NCBI RefSeq assembly: GCF_026571515.1
Contig: NW_026859270.1
Span: forward strand, 62,001 to 120,361
Length of the DNA stretch: 58,361 nucleotides
DNA from: Ruditapes philippinarum
Taxonomy: Eukaryota
Reading direction: 5' to 3'
In this document: piece by piece, positions 10,873-24,533 of the stretch
Numbering within the stretch: the stretch's first letter is position 1
Layout: each line of letters opens with the position of its first letter
The notes under the pieces: model-generated
Databases searched by the model: none
What the model saw: the letters and a program-made list of their open reading frames with translations, nothing else
Told to the model about the DNA's origin: nothing
Translations under genes and position numbers: made by a program

Positions 10873-11713
10873 TGAAACTCTGGAGGAACACCTACTTTTA
10901 TCATCAGCAGGGTTAAAAGTGATTCGGAATGAGGTTCTATTTATATACGATTTTTCAGGCACGATAGCGAATACGTCATAATTCTAATACGGAGTTAATG
11001 ACCTATATTTGTGACAAAGATTGACCCACAAAATAATTTATTAAACTGATTTGGAAACGCCGACTTTGTTTCCATGACCTATGTATTATCAAATATTTCG
11101 TTTTGATAAATATTTTGGTAGTTTATAGATAAGACTGGAATTCAATGAGGATCACATGATTTTGAACATATTGTGGGCGCTGAAATTGTCTTCATTGCCT
11201 ATCTAATGTACCTATATGTTTAGCTCCATAACATAATTATGTGTTATATATTGACATATAAATGTTCATATTAAATTCCTTAAAACTTAGTCATTTTGTA
11301 TTTCAAGAAATATGCAAATGATACATTTCTATTTTCTTTTATCGAAATTTGAAATACTGAAAGAAAATAATCTGGTGTAAAATTATCATCTTTTACAAGT
11401 AAAACTATGAAAATTCACTGAAAAAGGTCGTTGTAGTTTCAATTCTAAATCGTGTTATGGTTGTGTACTATCCGTTACCTCTTAACATCAAATGTTCGAA
11501 TTTGTTGATGATTTATTTTTTTAGCCGTAACGATTGTTATTCTTCGGTAGACTTTTATGCCTAAAAATGCCGATTAAGCAATAAATACTTGTATATTGTA
11601 GACAACGGTTAACATGCATTTTTTTTATTTCTAAAGGTATGGTACACTAATATTTTAATATATAATTCTTTAACATACTGTTACCATATATATCAAGCAC
11701 TATTGGAATGTTT

Positions 11714-11992
11714 AAAAACTGATTATGCCTCAGAAAACAATATTTTTAAAAAAATCTTTAACTGAAGCGAGTAGCACTGAACTGTCGTAAAGGTTGCAAA
11801 TATGAATGAAGTAGTATTTCGACTTCCATACAAAAATACTGAATTACTATAATTACACAAACTGCCAAAAAGTAAAGGAACAGAAGATAGTTTGTTCAAT
11901 AAGTACTCTTTGGGAGCTATAACTAGATAAATAAAACAGACAAAATGAAAAAATGCAAAAGACAGTATTTCGAAAGATTTATGAGCCTTTAA
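11714..11992. mobile_element. Related MITE in opposite orientation downstream of type B genes
   Basis: Starts ttaaaaactgattatgcctcagaaa, ends tttatgagcctttaa. Internal 11810-11885 is the reverse complement of ~14020-14090. Equivalents at ~4805-5016, ~32937-33290, ~43672-43882. Confidence 0.55.
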
Positions 11993-12199
11993 GTTTAATC
12001 AAATCTTTTTGCTCAACTCAAAACTCTTTACTTTAAAATAACATTTTTTTTCGAGGGAATCACTTAAAACAGCCATCAACTATGTCTATAACAGCATCAA
12101 TGCGATATTATAATAAATTTGAAAAAAAAACTTAAAGAAAACAAATTATAAAACTGAACTCAGAACTATTTATTTTTTCTTGTATCCTTATATTTCATT

Positions 12200-13707
12200 T
12201 CATTTTCCAACGATACTTGGACTTGAGAAATCTTCAAACAAAAGAAACCCAGAGAAAGTACCTTGACCTGTGCCATAGAACGACTTGTCAGCGTCTTTAT
12301 TTTGAACAACTACGTCATCCCCTTTTTGCAGCTGAAGAACTATTGTTTGGCTTGTTGTATCATAACCAGCTTCAGCACCATTAACAAACATTGTTGTGAG
12401 GACCTGGCCGTTTTTTACAAACTCTGCATGTGCATTTACATGGTAGAATGAAACAAGAGTTGCAGAGAATACGTATGTTCCAGACACCGGAGCTATGAAT
12501 GTTCCTACATGACTGTGATAACCATTTCCTACATTAGTGACAACAGTATCGAAGACGATATTCTGGTGGATTCCAGCATGTACCAGATGTTTGTCCATTT
12601 TTGCGAAAAAAGCCACGTGAATTTCATTTTCGGCTCTCCTTATTCTGTTTACTTGTGCATCTGTAAATTAAATCAATTCAATTTTTTATACTTCAAACGA
12701 TTGTTAAAAAATGTAAACATTGTTCCTAAAACCTGAGTTGAAAAACTGATGTTAACAGGGATATTAGAAAATGCTTGCAACAATTCAAAATTTCATGCAA
12801 TAGAATAATTATCAATGGCATAAATAAACTTCATTTTCAAAATCTCAGGAATCTTATAATGTCATCAATAAAACAAGAAATGCTCTTACCATGTTTGGTT
12901 TCAACATGATCCGGATTTTTATTGCTAACTGGCACAGTATCTTCCACTTGACCCGTCTTTAGTTTACCGGTTCTTAGCCTGTTAAGTTTTCCAAGGTAAC
13001 TGTTACGTTGTCGCTGCCAGTGTAACTGTTTCTTCAAGCCGACAATTTGCTCTTTATGGATTTGGTCCTGCACTTTCAAGCTTTCCACTTCATCAAAGAG
13101 ACTTTGAACGAGCCTTTCTGTTGCTTCCAGCCTTTTTAGAATAGCGGACTCTGTTTCTAATAAGAGAAAGTGAAGACACATTTGAACTCCTTGATTAATT
13201 ATTTCGAAACATGCTTGCATTATACAATCCCTTAAGCTGAGTTATGTCAGGTATAACATATAAAGCAATGAATATGACTTGTATATGTGAAGCGTGTTAT
13301 TGTCAAATATAGACAAAATAGCCGTGTACTCGCTCAAGTTTGTATTTTATTCTCCAAAGATTCAATCTGTGTTCATCCGACCTGGGTATGATTACATAGT
13401 AATGTTATGTTACTAATGCAAAATTTGTTTCATGTGAATTGAATAACAATCGTTATTAAAAGGTCTAATTAAATTGGCGAAGAAGATACAAAGTTTTAAA
13501 GGAAGAATGTTGGTCAATCAAAATAATTATACCGCCTTGAGCATATGGTTGCGAGCACAAGTGAAAGGAAACACGATAAAAATGCTTATTCTTAAACAAA
13601 TTATATAATTGATAAATTCAAAATCATTTCTTCAGACATTACTTACCTGACTCAGCTGTCGCCATTCCAGACACAGCTAAACATATTAGAATTAAAACTT
13701 GATGCAT
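12200..13707 (-). CDS. C1qDC type B copy 2 (intact, ~262 aa)
   Basis: Exons 13707-13647 (MHQVLILICLAVSGMATAES; first ATG mutated to ATT, second retained), 13156-12890, 12660-12200 (DAQVNRIRRAENEIHVAFFAK..). Confidence 0.92.
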
Positions 13708-14396
13708 AATTGGTTCTTTAAACCAAATCCTTCGTGTAACATCAAATTTAAATATGATAAGGAATTATCTGATTTCTATATACGACTATAGCACAAAGAA
13801 TGAGCACGTTATCATCATAACTTGCGCAATTTATGACCTATATTGTAAACAGGATTGCCACGTTATATAATGTACTTGTAGACACCATATGTACGAGACT
13901 GATTCGTCCTTACAGGCCCATTATGCCCAAGTAATACTTTTATTTTTATTTCTCGAAAGCTTATTATTTTTGATGTCCTCAATAAGTTACTCATTAGCCA
14001 ATTACCTGAACCATCTTTTGCTTCTGTTACCTTTTTGGTAATTACTACAGTATAGTGATTTGATATTTTGTATGGAAGTCAAAATACTTCTTTGTTTACA
14101 CTTTACTATATTTATGACAAATAATTTCATATTTAGCGCTAATTTTTGAAATGTGATAAGCATCTAGCTAGCTCTAAACTATGATTTTAATGTTATGACA
14201 TTTATGTTTGCCTTTTCTATGAAGGAAAAAAAAAGAATTAATTTCTGAGGCATATTGTGCCTTTAAATGTGTTATCGCTCTGAGTAAAAAATTGGCAGAC
14301 ACTTGAATGTAGCAATACATCTTAAATAAGTAATACTTCATGAAATACCGATTTAAGTTGATGAATATATATTCTTAAAATCTGAATATATACTAG

Positions 14397-14440
<44 letters not shown>

Positions 14441-14960
14441 CACTAATCTCTAATGCTTTTTATTTGCAGTGATATAAAAATGTCCAATGTCACAATCATT
14501 TTCTTCAAAAGATAATAAAAAAAACCAGAAGAATCACAAAAAAGTAAAGTACGAGTATAGCTAGTATCTGTCAATGTACGCTGTCATTGCTTTGCGTTCA
14601 ATACTTACAAACTAGTCTTAGTGCATGAGTACTCATAGATAACTTAACCCCGTGTGAAAATGCGACTCTAAATTGATAAACAATAGTCCCATATTTATAA
14701 ATGTTTAGTCTTAAAGACAATTCTGATAATATATAAAAAGCAAAAAAACCAACAGAACATAATAATCCCTTTACCACGGAACCGTTTTGTATTATATTTC
14801 ATTTTTTCATTTAAAAATGTCAAATATAAATTTATAGCAAATGTGTTGTTTAAAAAAGCCTATAAGTGTTAAAATTTAATATGATGGTAGAAATGTATTC
14901 ATTTTTGAGACATTCCACATACTAGTACATTTTCAATCATTTACCGATCAATAAGAATGT

Positions 14961-15501
14961 TTATTATATGATCTAAAAATAGCTGCAATCTCATTGGTCC
15001 AAACTGTAGTCAACATAACTTTTTATAAAAACATATTCACTGGGTGTAGTATCATATTAACTGGCTGAATTGGATTTTCCAAGTCTAAATATAGATTGAG
15101 ACTCATATTCAATGACCATACACCGTAGACTGTTAATTACGTGTGTTAATTAAAAAATAATTGTTGCGTTTTGTTCTTTATGGCATATTTCTCGATTGAA
15201 ATATCATTACTTTACTGTTATACTTAAAGGCTAAACCGTATCGATGAGTATAAACTTGAATTTCTTTTGTATGCGCAGCGTTCGCGTAGTCGTTGCACGC
15301 CTAACACGTGCGTCTTTTTTCCCGCGCTTCAACGAGGCAAAATTTGTACATGTATATAAGGATGTACTTTTTCGTGATTTTTTTTAATTCTTAGCCTATT
15401 CATATAATAAAACAATTATTGACTATCGCCTCGGTCAATATGTCATCTGCCGGTGAATATCACATCATATTCAATGGCTCACAAGTCAATAATTGTATAG
15501 T
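14961..15501. mobile_element. ~540-bp hairpin-ended non-autonomous insertion (Crypton-like)
   Basis: Absent from paralogue (~36200 aataagaaggtatatgtacttc). Right end carries the inverted pair acaattattgac..gtcaataattgt; no clear TSD. Confidence 0.65.
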
Positions 15502-18262
15502 ATGTACTTCAATATTTATTTTATATTTGTAATTCAGCTCTTTGGCAAACAAAAAGCTGATCGGGCTAACTTAAGGGGTTTTACGTAATACTTAAATTCG
15601 GATATGATAAGACATATTTTACCAACAAATATTTATTTTTGTGTGTGCTTCTTTCGTTGGTAGAAGAATGCAGTCCGTTCATCAAATATATCATCATGAA
15701 TATTCAACGAGGTTAATAAACCATGTCAAATCATTCAATGCTACACCTGCCATATGTTTGCAACACTTAAGCAGTATTTATACTATACAAACTTATTGTG
15801 TTAATATTTGCATAAGATATTATAAACATAAACATTGCAGAAAAATGATGACATATTTATAATCATGATAGATTGTTTCAGATAAGTTTGTGAATTTGTC
15901 ATTTACATGAATCAGATTCTTCAACATGGCATGATGCAAAACATATTTTAGACATGGCATTGTTAATAGTCCATGTATTCTATGTTCACTTCCATTAAGT
16001 GTATCAATGGAATAATTTTCGGTATATTGGACTTGAGATCAAATGGTTTTAAACAATTTAAATGCACCTCCGTTATCTAAATCCCGCTGTTATTTAAAAA
16101 GTTTGAACCTATATCCTATGAATACTTAACTGTAGTTATATCTCAACAGACAATTAAAGAATAGTTAATTCCAGATAAGGTGTCTTTATTTCAATTAAAC
16201 CCCTTTGATTTAGCGTCCATCTTCAAAGTTTTCAAAATGATGAACGTCTAAATATATTTTTAAATACTATATGATCAAATCTAAATAAGAAAAATAAACG
16301 CAAATAAAATGATGATCATATTTTAATAAAATCATGTTTTCTGCCAATAATTAATTTAGTCAATCATTATTTGACTTGTTTATTTCGAAAATAACAACAA
16401 TATTGATAAGCTACATAATATATACAATTTCAGTTTTATCTTATGTGCAGTTTGAATCTGACATTGATATGAATATGTATTTGTCAATAAAGTCTTACAA
16501 ATATGAATCCGACTTCATTAGAAAAATTAGTAGCATGCTCGGAGGATCGACGATTTTAGCCATATACACTCTTTTGTCTCATAGAAAGGAAAACTTCAGT
16601 AAGTCGAAGTTGAGATACTTAAGTAGAAACTTCGTCACATCGGGACTTCGACTTATGAATATACATGCATATTGTTATAAGTAAGCAGTGTGACGTTCAA
16701 ATGTATCCTATTTAACTAAATGACCCTAATCTTAATTTTGAAGATAATTATAGTTACATCGTTTTATCCTGAAAATATCAACTGCGATGACAAAAATAAT
16801 AGATTGGAGATTCTCGTCATGAATGTAGGAACTAATTAAGGTTAAAAGAGTGAAGCATTGCTGGACGGTTTGTTTTTCTTTCTTCATTTAGTTTATTGAG
16901 ATCTACAAATTTGTTGTTTATATTGCAAATCAGGAACAACATTATTCTGGTCAGTTATAATGTTTTAATGATAACCATGCTTCCTTCTATTAGAATCTTT
17001 ATCTCTAAAAAGGACAAAAATAGTTTCTCAGTACTAAAATACTTCTTATGTATTTGTATATGTTATGCGTTTATTTATTGATTCTATGATAATAATTTAA
17101 CCGCATACATTCATTAACTGTAAAATGCGTCTTTAATAATAAGTTAACAGCACATATTGATTGATTTGAACAAATGTCTTAATTTCTACCCAGACAAAGC
17201 ATTTGTATCTATATAGCTTGTATTTTTAAAGCTCAATTCATAATGATGCTACAGAAATATTTAGTAATAACCAAAATATATCAATTAATCCATATCTATA
17301 TATAGATTGAAGTACCAAAACTTGAGACACACATTAATGAATGTATTAAATGTATGAGAGCACATAAAGCAAATTGCATCTTTGATGTACCGGCGTTCAT
17401 TCAATTAAGTGATAGGTCAACCTTACATTGGTCCACTGATTAACAAGATTTCAAATAAATCAGGTATATTGTTATTCCGGTCAGTCCTAATGCTGCAATG
17501 ACACTCATTGTTTTCTTCATTTGGTTAATTTCTGGCGACGTTTGATTGTTCAGGAGTAAAGTAAAGTATTGCTTAAGCGTTAAACCTTTTGCAAATTTCA
17601 AGTTCAGAGAAAAGTGCATGTTGTAAGCATTCGTTCAATCTAACCTTAACATTTTATTTATTTTGAATAAAACTGCTGCAACAAAAAATATTGCTTAAGC
17701 ATCAGTCAACTTTTAAATATCAAAGCACATATTATGGAACAAATAATAGAAACAAATAATATGGCTTTTCCGAAATGTTGCCGCCATTGGAAGTCAATTG
17801 TTTATAGCTCGAATACCCCGTTAACATAACTAAGTCTGCAAATGCCTTGACAATTATAAAGAATATTATACATTTTGTTTGAGAGTAATGTGGTAAGTTT
17901 ACTGGTGGCATTCCATTAATTAGTGATGTTAAATAATTATAGCAAACGAGATTTAAGATACACACAAGAAATGATTAATACCATTTTTATTGATGAAAAA
18001 AATGAAGTATACCATTTAATTGATATAAAAATGAAGCATACCAATTTTAGTGGTATAAAAATGGTGTATACCATTTGCATTGATATAAAATGTAGTATAC
18101 CATTCTAATTGATACAAAAATGAAGTATACCATTTTAATTGATATAATCATGAAGAATACCATTTTATTGATAAACACATGTACATGCCCAGTCGAGTCA
18201 GTATTATGTGTGACTTGCCTTTCTTTTCAAGGTCAACATTGTAATTTTTAAACAAACATTTC

Positions 18263-19437
18263 TTATTTTATGCTTTTCAGTGGATTACTGATTTATCCGT
18301 GAAAATTATATATGATAATTTCACAGTGAAAATTATCAAAATATAACTTCACTTTTTTCAATGACGAAACTACTTTTTTAAGATTTTCCCCATGTGGTAC
18401 CTCAATTTTATTTTTACTAACAATTCTGACAATATATGGCTGTTAAAAAAAATAGCAAAGCTGAAATAGATAAATAACTTAAATGTCAAAAGTAATAAAG
18501 AGAGAAAACTTACTTCTATTCCTTCAAATTCCAATCACAAAATTTCGTCTCTTAATTTTTTTGTTTCGTTTTTACAGTTTGAAAAATACATTCCTTCCCC
18601 ATGCTAAACTGCTCTTGATGACATTTGGGCATATTAAAGTATCCTACGAGCAATAACTGCCGTATGCTTTATGAAAAATTGAAAAGCATTGACAGCCATC
18701 ACTCGTAAAATAAGTAAAACAACCCAGCGTTCCTTACAATGCCTTAGCAAGCTTCCAAGTTTTCCATTTTCCTAGCTCCTTTTCTGAATGTTTTCACTTC
18801 TGTCAACACTTATTTTTTGTCTGTTACAATCCTCAAATAAGTTTTCTTTCTTTTAAAAAGGTGTATGACTAACAAATCCAAATTATATCCTTCTGAATCT
18901 TACACAATAATTTTCCTCCCATGAAATACACAACTTTAAAAAAATGGCTGCCGCTTACATTTTACAAAGCCAGGTCTAATATAAATTCGCAGTAAGTAAC
19001 AGAAATATGGATGGATGGTTGGACTTTTTCTCCTACAAGAAATGTTTGTTTTTATTATTTAAACAAGCGATCATTCATATTTTTTTAATAAAATGAATAA
19101 ATATCACCGTCATTTAACCTTGATTGGCGGACTTATTTTTCAGCTCAAGACTTCTTGTTTTTAATGAGAAATTCCCTCTAAATGGGGCTCTCAATGGGGG
19201 AAACAGATTTTAATATTAAAGTTAAAATTATGGAGATTTCGTTTTAACTTGTTTTAAAGCATAAAATAAAAAGAAAATTTGTCTGTTTGTTGTGTAATAT
19301 GTAATTTTATTTCATCTCGTGAACTTTAAAAACAATATTCTCACTCGTGGCTACGCCACTCGTGAGAATACTGTTTTAAAGCCCACTTGATGAAATAAAA
19401 TTTCATCTTACACACAAACAAACAAATATCCTCTATA
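18263..19437. mobile_element. ~1.17-kb insertion ending in a ~150-bp imperfect palindrome
   Basis: Absent from paralogue (~38835 acacattttatgattcatag). Palindrome 19277-19427 centred on cactcgtggc-tac-gccactcgtg, ending tatcctctata. Confidence 0.7.
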
Positions 19438-22400
19438 TGATTCATAGAATAGCATATAAAACTTAATCTAACCAATCCTTTAAACACGCACATATTACTT
19501 AATAAACTGAAGAAAATAAATAAATGATAACACAGTTTTCAAAATATATTTGTATAAAATGATAAACTTGATATATATTTGTTGCGCACATACTTCAGTA
19601 AAAACTGATGACATATCATAATTATAATCTTTCCTTATTTGAACTTTCTTGAATTGTACATGTTGGTTGTATTGCAAAACCAGCAATTTCTTTCCAATAT
19701 TTACACTTGGCTATCAGATTGAGTGTTTTCGAATTACAGCGAATGTGACATTTACGACGATAATGTAATCTCAACACAATCAAATAATGCTCACAATTCT
19801 GTTAGCCTTGTTGTAGATAATTTACAACAATGAACGAAGAGTTTCCGCTTAATGAAATTTCTAGGATCATAGGTCCATTGGGAGTTCTTGTTTCCAACAA
19901 ATACATTAGATATCTTGATGAAATATTGATTCTGATGACATGTAAGACATAATTGTACAAGGTTACCATCCGAACTTATGGTTCAATTAAAAACGCACAA
20001 TAAAGTGAACCATTATTCCAGGTGTAATGCGAGGAACGTTTTGTTAAGAAAGTTTATTCTGTAATAAATCATATTACAACTTTTTAAACAAAAACATCTT
20101 TTTGAATTCCAGAATAAAAAAATGAAAACTTAGAGGCTAATTATGTGGATGTTTCGTCTACTGCAAAATCAATTAAATTTGTAATATGCAAGAAATCTTT
20201 ATAATTATAATTCATTTCATTATCGTTCATTTTCAAAATCAGGTCAAACAAGTGTACTATGAAGATGAAGTGTTCTTGATATCTTATATCCACGGAAATC
20301 GTCAAAATTAGTAACTATAGTAACTTTATTTTATTGTCTATAAAACGAACACACTTTGGAAGTTGGAAATTTAAAACTGAACAAATGTTGATATTGTGAC
20401 TTTGTAAATGTTGTATGATAAATGATAATATAAATGTAATGTAAAATTGACCTATTTTATGTATAAAGCGGAACTGGTTAGTTTTTATAGAGAGGCTTTC
20501 TCTGTTATTAAAATGTTCCATTCAAATGAATTCTGTGAGCCGAATATTTTACCAAATTGAGTGAAAAATATAAAATACAATAAATATATAAATAAATAAA
20601 TGAATAAATAAATAAGAACAACATGTACTTTACATTCATTTTATTAGATGTCTACGGCTGCTATATTATACTTAACTTGCATCTTTAACAAAACAATATT
20701 TTTTAACTTTAACTATGATTATGGAATTTTTGTCATTTCATTTCAACAATCTCCTAAAGATATTTCTTTAAGATATCATGCAATAATTTTACTAGCTATG
20801 TCTGTTTTTGAGCATAAATTAGATTATTTTTTCATTTGATACAACTAGAAATTCAAAGATAAAGGTTTATAGTCATATAAATGCGTATATACATGTCCGT
20901 TTCAAGTCCTTAAATATGATACTTTACTAAATTTATTTTGTACGTTTATTTTCTGTAAAACGAGTCCGATGTTATGTCATAAAATCTTTAAAACTAAATT
21001 ATCTTTTTTATTGTGATTCATCAAATATATAATTTTATAACTTCTTTATATATTTGATGTTTTTGTAACTCCTCGTCAAATTCTAAATATGAATACTGTA
21101 ATTGTATATCAAACATGGTTCAGATATATAACGCTGAAAAATAAAACAAATGAACATTAAGGGCCTCTTTTTGAATTTAGACGCAAAATCAAAACCAAGA
21201 ATTCGACATGGAGCACGTTATATATGTAAATCGGCAATATAGTGGCTCGAGTTGTCATTTAGCTGGGTCTTCTTCGGACCTCCACAAGTGTTATTGATAA
21301 AACTTATTTTCTCTGTTCTAACATATAAACTCGTCAGGTGCCATTTAATTATATATAAGGTAAGAGATTAGGATAAAAGCGACACAAATAAGATCATTTA
21401 AAATAAAAAAAATAATTGGAATTGAAATTTTAAATCGAAATAATCTATTTATACTTAATCAAAACTTTACAAGTTGAAATATATCCTGGAGGAAAAGAGC
21501 AGTGCACAAAAAACCCTCTTCTGTCTTTCATTTGTCCGAGCTATAAAATATTTATTTAAAGATATAATCTTGCATTTCATAAGTAGATATATGTTATGAG
21601 AACAAGACGTCAATTTAAAAATTGATTCAGCATCATGCTTTTGAAAAAAAGTTTCAAATACATATTCGTGTTCTTACACTACTTTACATAGAAGTGTTAA
21701 TAGAATATTGGGCATTTTTGAATAACAATACACTCAGGTGATATTTTCTGCAATACTATAACCTCTTCCCAATCAGATAATACTCACAGAACTGTTAACC
21801 TTGTTGGAGATAACGTACGGCAAGAAATGGAGAGCATTTCACGTAATGGAATTTCCACAATCATAAGTCTATAGGGATTCCTTGTTTTCAACAAACACAT
21901 TGTTTGTCGTGATGAAATATTGATTCTGATTACATATAAGACATATGTGAATAAGGTTAACATCCATATAAGTTAAAAACGTTGACAACGAACTCCATGG
22001 CTTAAAACATTAGGAAAGTAATTTTATCCCAATTAAAATGTGATGAAAGATGATTTCAGAAATTGTTTCCGCGTTTATTTTCGTTTTTATTTTCACATAT
22101 AGCAAACATGTCAATGTTATCTGACGAAAAGAACAATGTTTATGATTCAAAATTGAAAATTCTACAACTTTCAAAATATTTGACATCATTATAAGGCGTC
22201 ATGATAATTAAAAACATAATATATACTTTACTCTAGAAACATCAAAAATCTTTCATCAGGTCCATTTTTTTATGAAAAAAGACTAAGATGCTTAGCATGC
22301 TATTTTGGTTTCATGCTAAGACGTTTTTTCCAAGAGTATTTCTTTCCATAAGTGAAATTTAGGTCCTTTATTTCCGTTATCTCTTTTTATCTTTTGTTAT

Positions 22401-23300
22401 TTCATATAAAATATGACAAATGAACATGATTCATTAACAAAGGTTAATCAAAATCAAGAAAGACTGCCTCAATATCTCTTACACTGTTTATCCCGTTCTA
22501 ATGTATTGCCTAAAGGTGGGTACCCAATGCTCTGCATCCTGAGCAGAAACGTGCAAAATGAATGTATCTTAATTGGTTACCAAAAATATACCAAAATGCG
22601 AGTGATATGTTTCTTAACACGGACGTTTCAATAGATGATATTTTGATAACGTTGTTATGACGCAGAACTGAAACGACAAAATGGAACACATGGGCCTTAT
22701 AAGAATAAGACGAAGAAAAAGATATTTGAATATGATGATGGTTATCGCCAATAAAAATAAAAACTTATTATTGCATTTATATCGCATGACAACACCGCAG
22801 TTAAAAAACCTGGACGAGTGTCACATTTGACGTAATATGACTTGGAAACTTTGCCACACCCTCTCTGAAATTGAGTCAAATCCATCATACTTTGATTTGT
22901 TTCCTAAAGAACAACTGATATAAGCGCGTTAGGAGGGCCTACAGTCGGGTAGTAGTGTAACCACTGAAATATGACGTATATAAAATTTTGGTTCCCTTGT
23001 TATGCAAGATCGAACACTTCCACACATATGTTCATGAAAATGCTGGTTCCTAAATTAAGCATTAGATACTCAGTCAGTTGCAGTAAACACATATTGAAAA
23101 TGTGCATATCTGCATACATGTATATGTAAAAGTGTGTGTTGAATGAATGTTAAAAGACGGAAAGATAACATATAAATTTTATGCATATTTTCATTTATTC
23201 TACAAACCATTTTTTTGGAATGTTGAATATCATTTTTATAGAGTGTGGATAAAATGATAAGGCATCTTATTACTTGCTTACATTTATTGTACTCATTATA

Positions 23301-24533
23301 TTATTTCCCAACGATAGGACTTGAAGAATAGTTTTCATACAACAAAAATCCAGAAAAGATGCTATGTCCATGACCATAGAACGACTTGTCAGACATCAGG
23401 TTTTGTATTGTTATATCATCTCCTTTTTGAAGCTGAAGAACAATAGTTTGGGCTGTGGTATCATTTCCGGACTCTACACCACTTACGTACATATTTGTGA
23501 TTGCTTTTCCATTTTTTACAAATTGAGCATAGCCACTGACATGGAATAATGAAACAAGCGTCGTAGAGAACACGTATGTTCCTGATACTGGAGCAACAAA
23601 TGATCCTAGATGCGGATTGTATCCGTTTCCAATATTTGTAACAGCATTTTCAAAAATAAATGGTTGATGAATGCCAGCATGTTCCAAATGTTTGCCCATC
23701 TTTGCGAAAAAAGCGACTTGTGTTTCAGGTTCTTGTCTCCTTATCCTATTTATTTGTTGGCCTGTAAAACAATTTAATAGAAACTTTTCATTTTGGATGA
23801 AATATATTTTAATTGATTAAATATAGACTGAGTGCGCTGCAAATGTCTATAAAGATAAACCAAATAGTACTTCATTCTTATTTTCAATGTGTTGCAACTT
23901 ACGATAACGTTGAATGACAAATAAAATACTTTAAAGACATAATTAACCTTGCTATTGCAATTTAACCTGAAGAAAAATGTCGAAAATATACCACTTCCTC
24001 TGATGGTATCGGTTTCCACTTCGGCTTGAACAGTTGCCTTTTTTCCTCTTATTTGCATTCTCTTTCTATGGTTCACACTTAGTCGCCTAATTAGATTTTC
24101 CAAATGGATGGTACGTTCATGTTGGACCTGCATCTTATTCTCCAAGCTTGCAATTTGCATTTTCTGAAGTTGGTCTTGTGAAGATAGAGTATCCACTTTA
24201 AGCAGAAGCTCTTGAATTACACCTTCATACACATCCAACCGTTTTAGAATAGCAGCTTCTGTTTCTATAGATAAATAAATAAATAGATTGATGAGTTTTG
24301 CGAAGAAAAGATTATTTCAATTACAACTAATAAAATGTACACATATATGGCTTCGAGTCTTGTTATCAAAATCAAAGAGAAAGGCAAACACATATCACAT
24401 TGTATAATTTATCTTTAAATAAATGTTATATCATTATACTTCCTTTCGATATAATTCGTTTTTGTTTCTTACCAGTTTCAGTCTTTGCCATCCCAAATAG
24501 AATAACACTGAGTATTATATACACCAGAAACAT
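23301..24533 (-). CDS. C1qDC type C copy 1 (intact, ~264 aa)
   Basis: Exons 24533-24473 (MFLVYIILSVILFGMAKTET), 24264-23992 (ETEAAILKRLDVYEG..), 23761-23301 (GQQINRIRRQEPETQVAFFAK..SPIVGK). Confidence 0.92.

Noticed and set aside
12263-12736. Recurrent + strand ORFs antisense to C1q exons
   Set aside because: Shadow frames of the conserved minus-strand coding sequence; lengths vary between copies.
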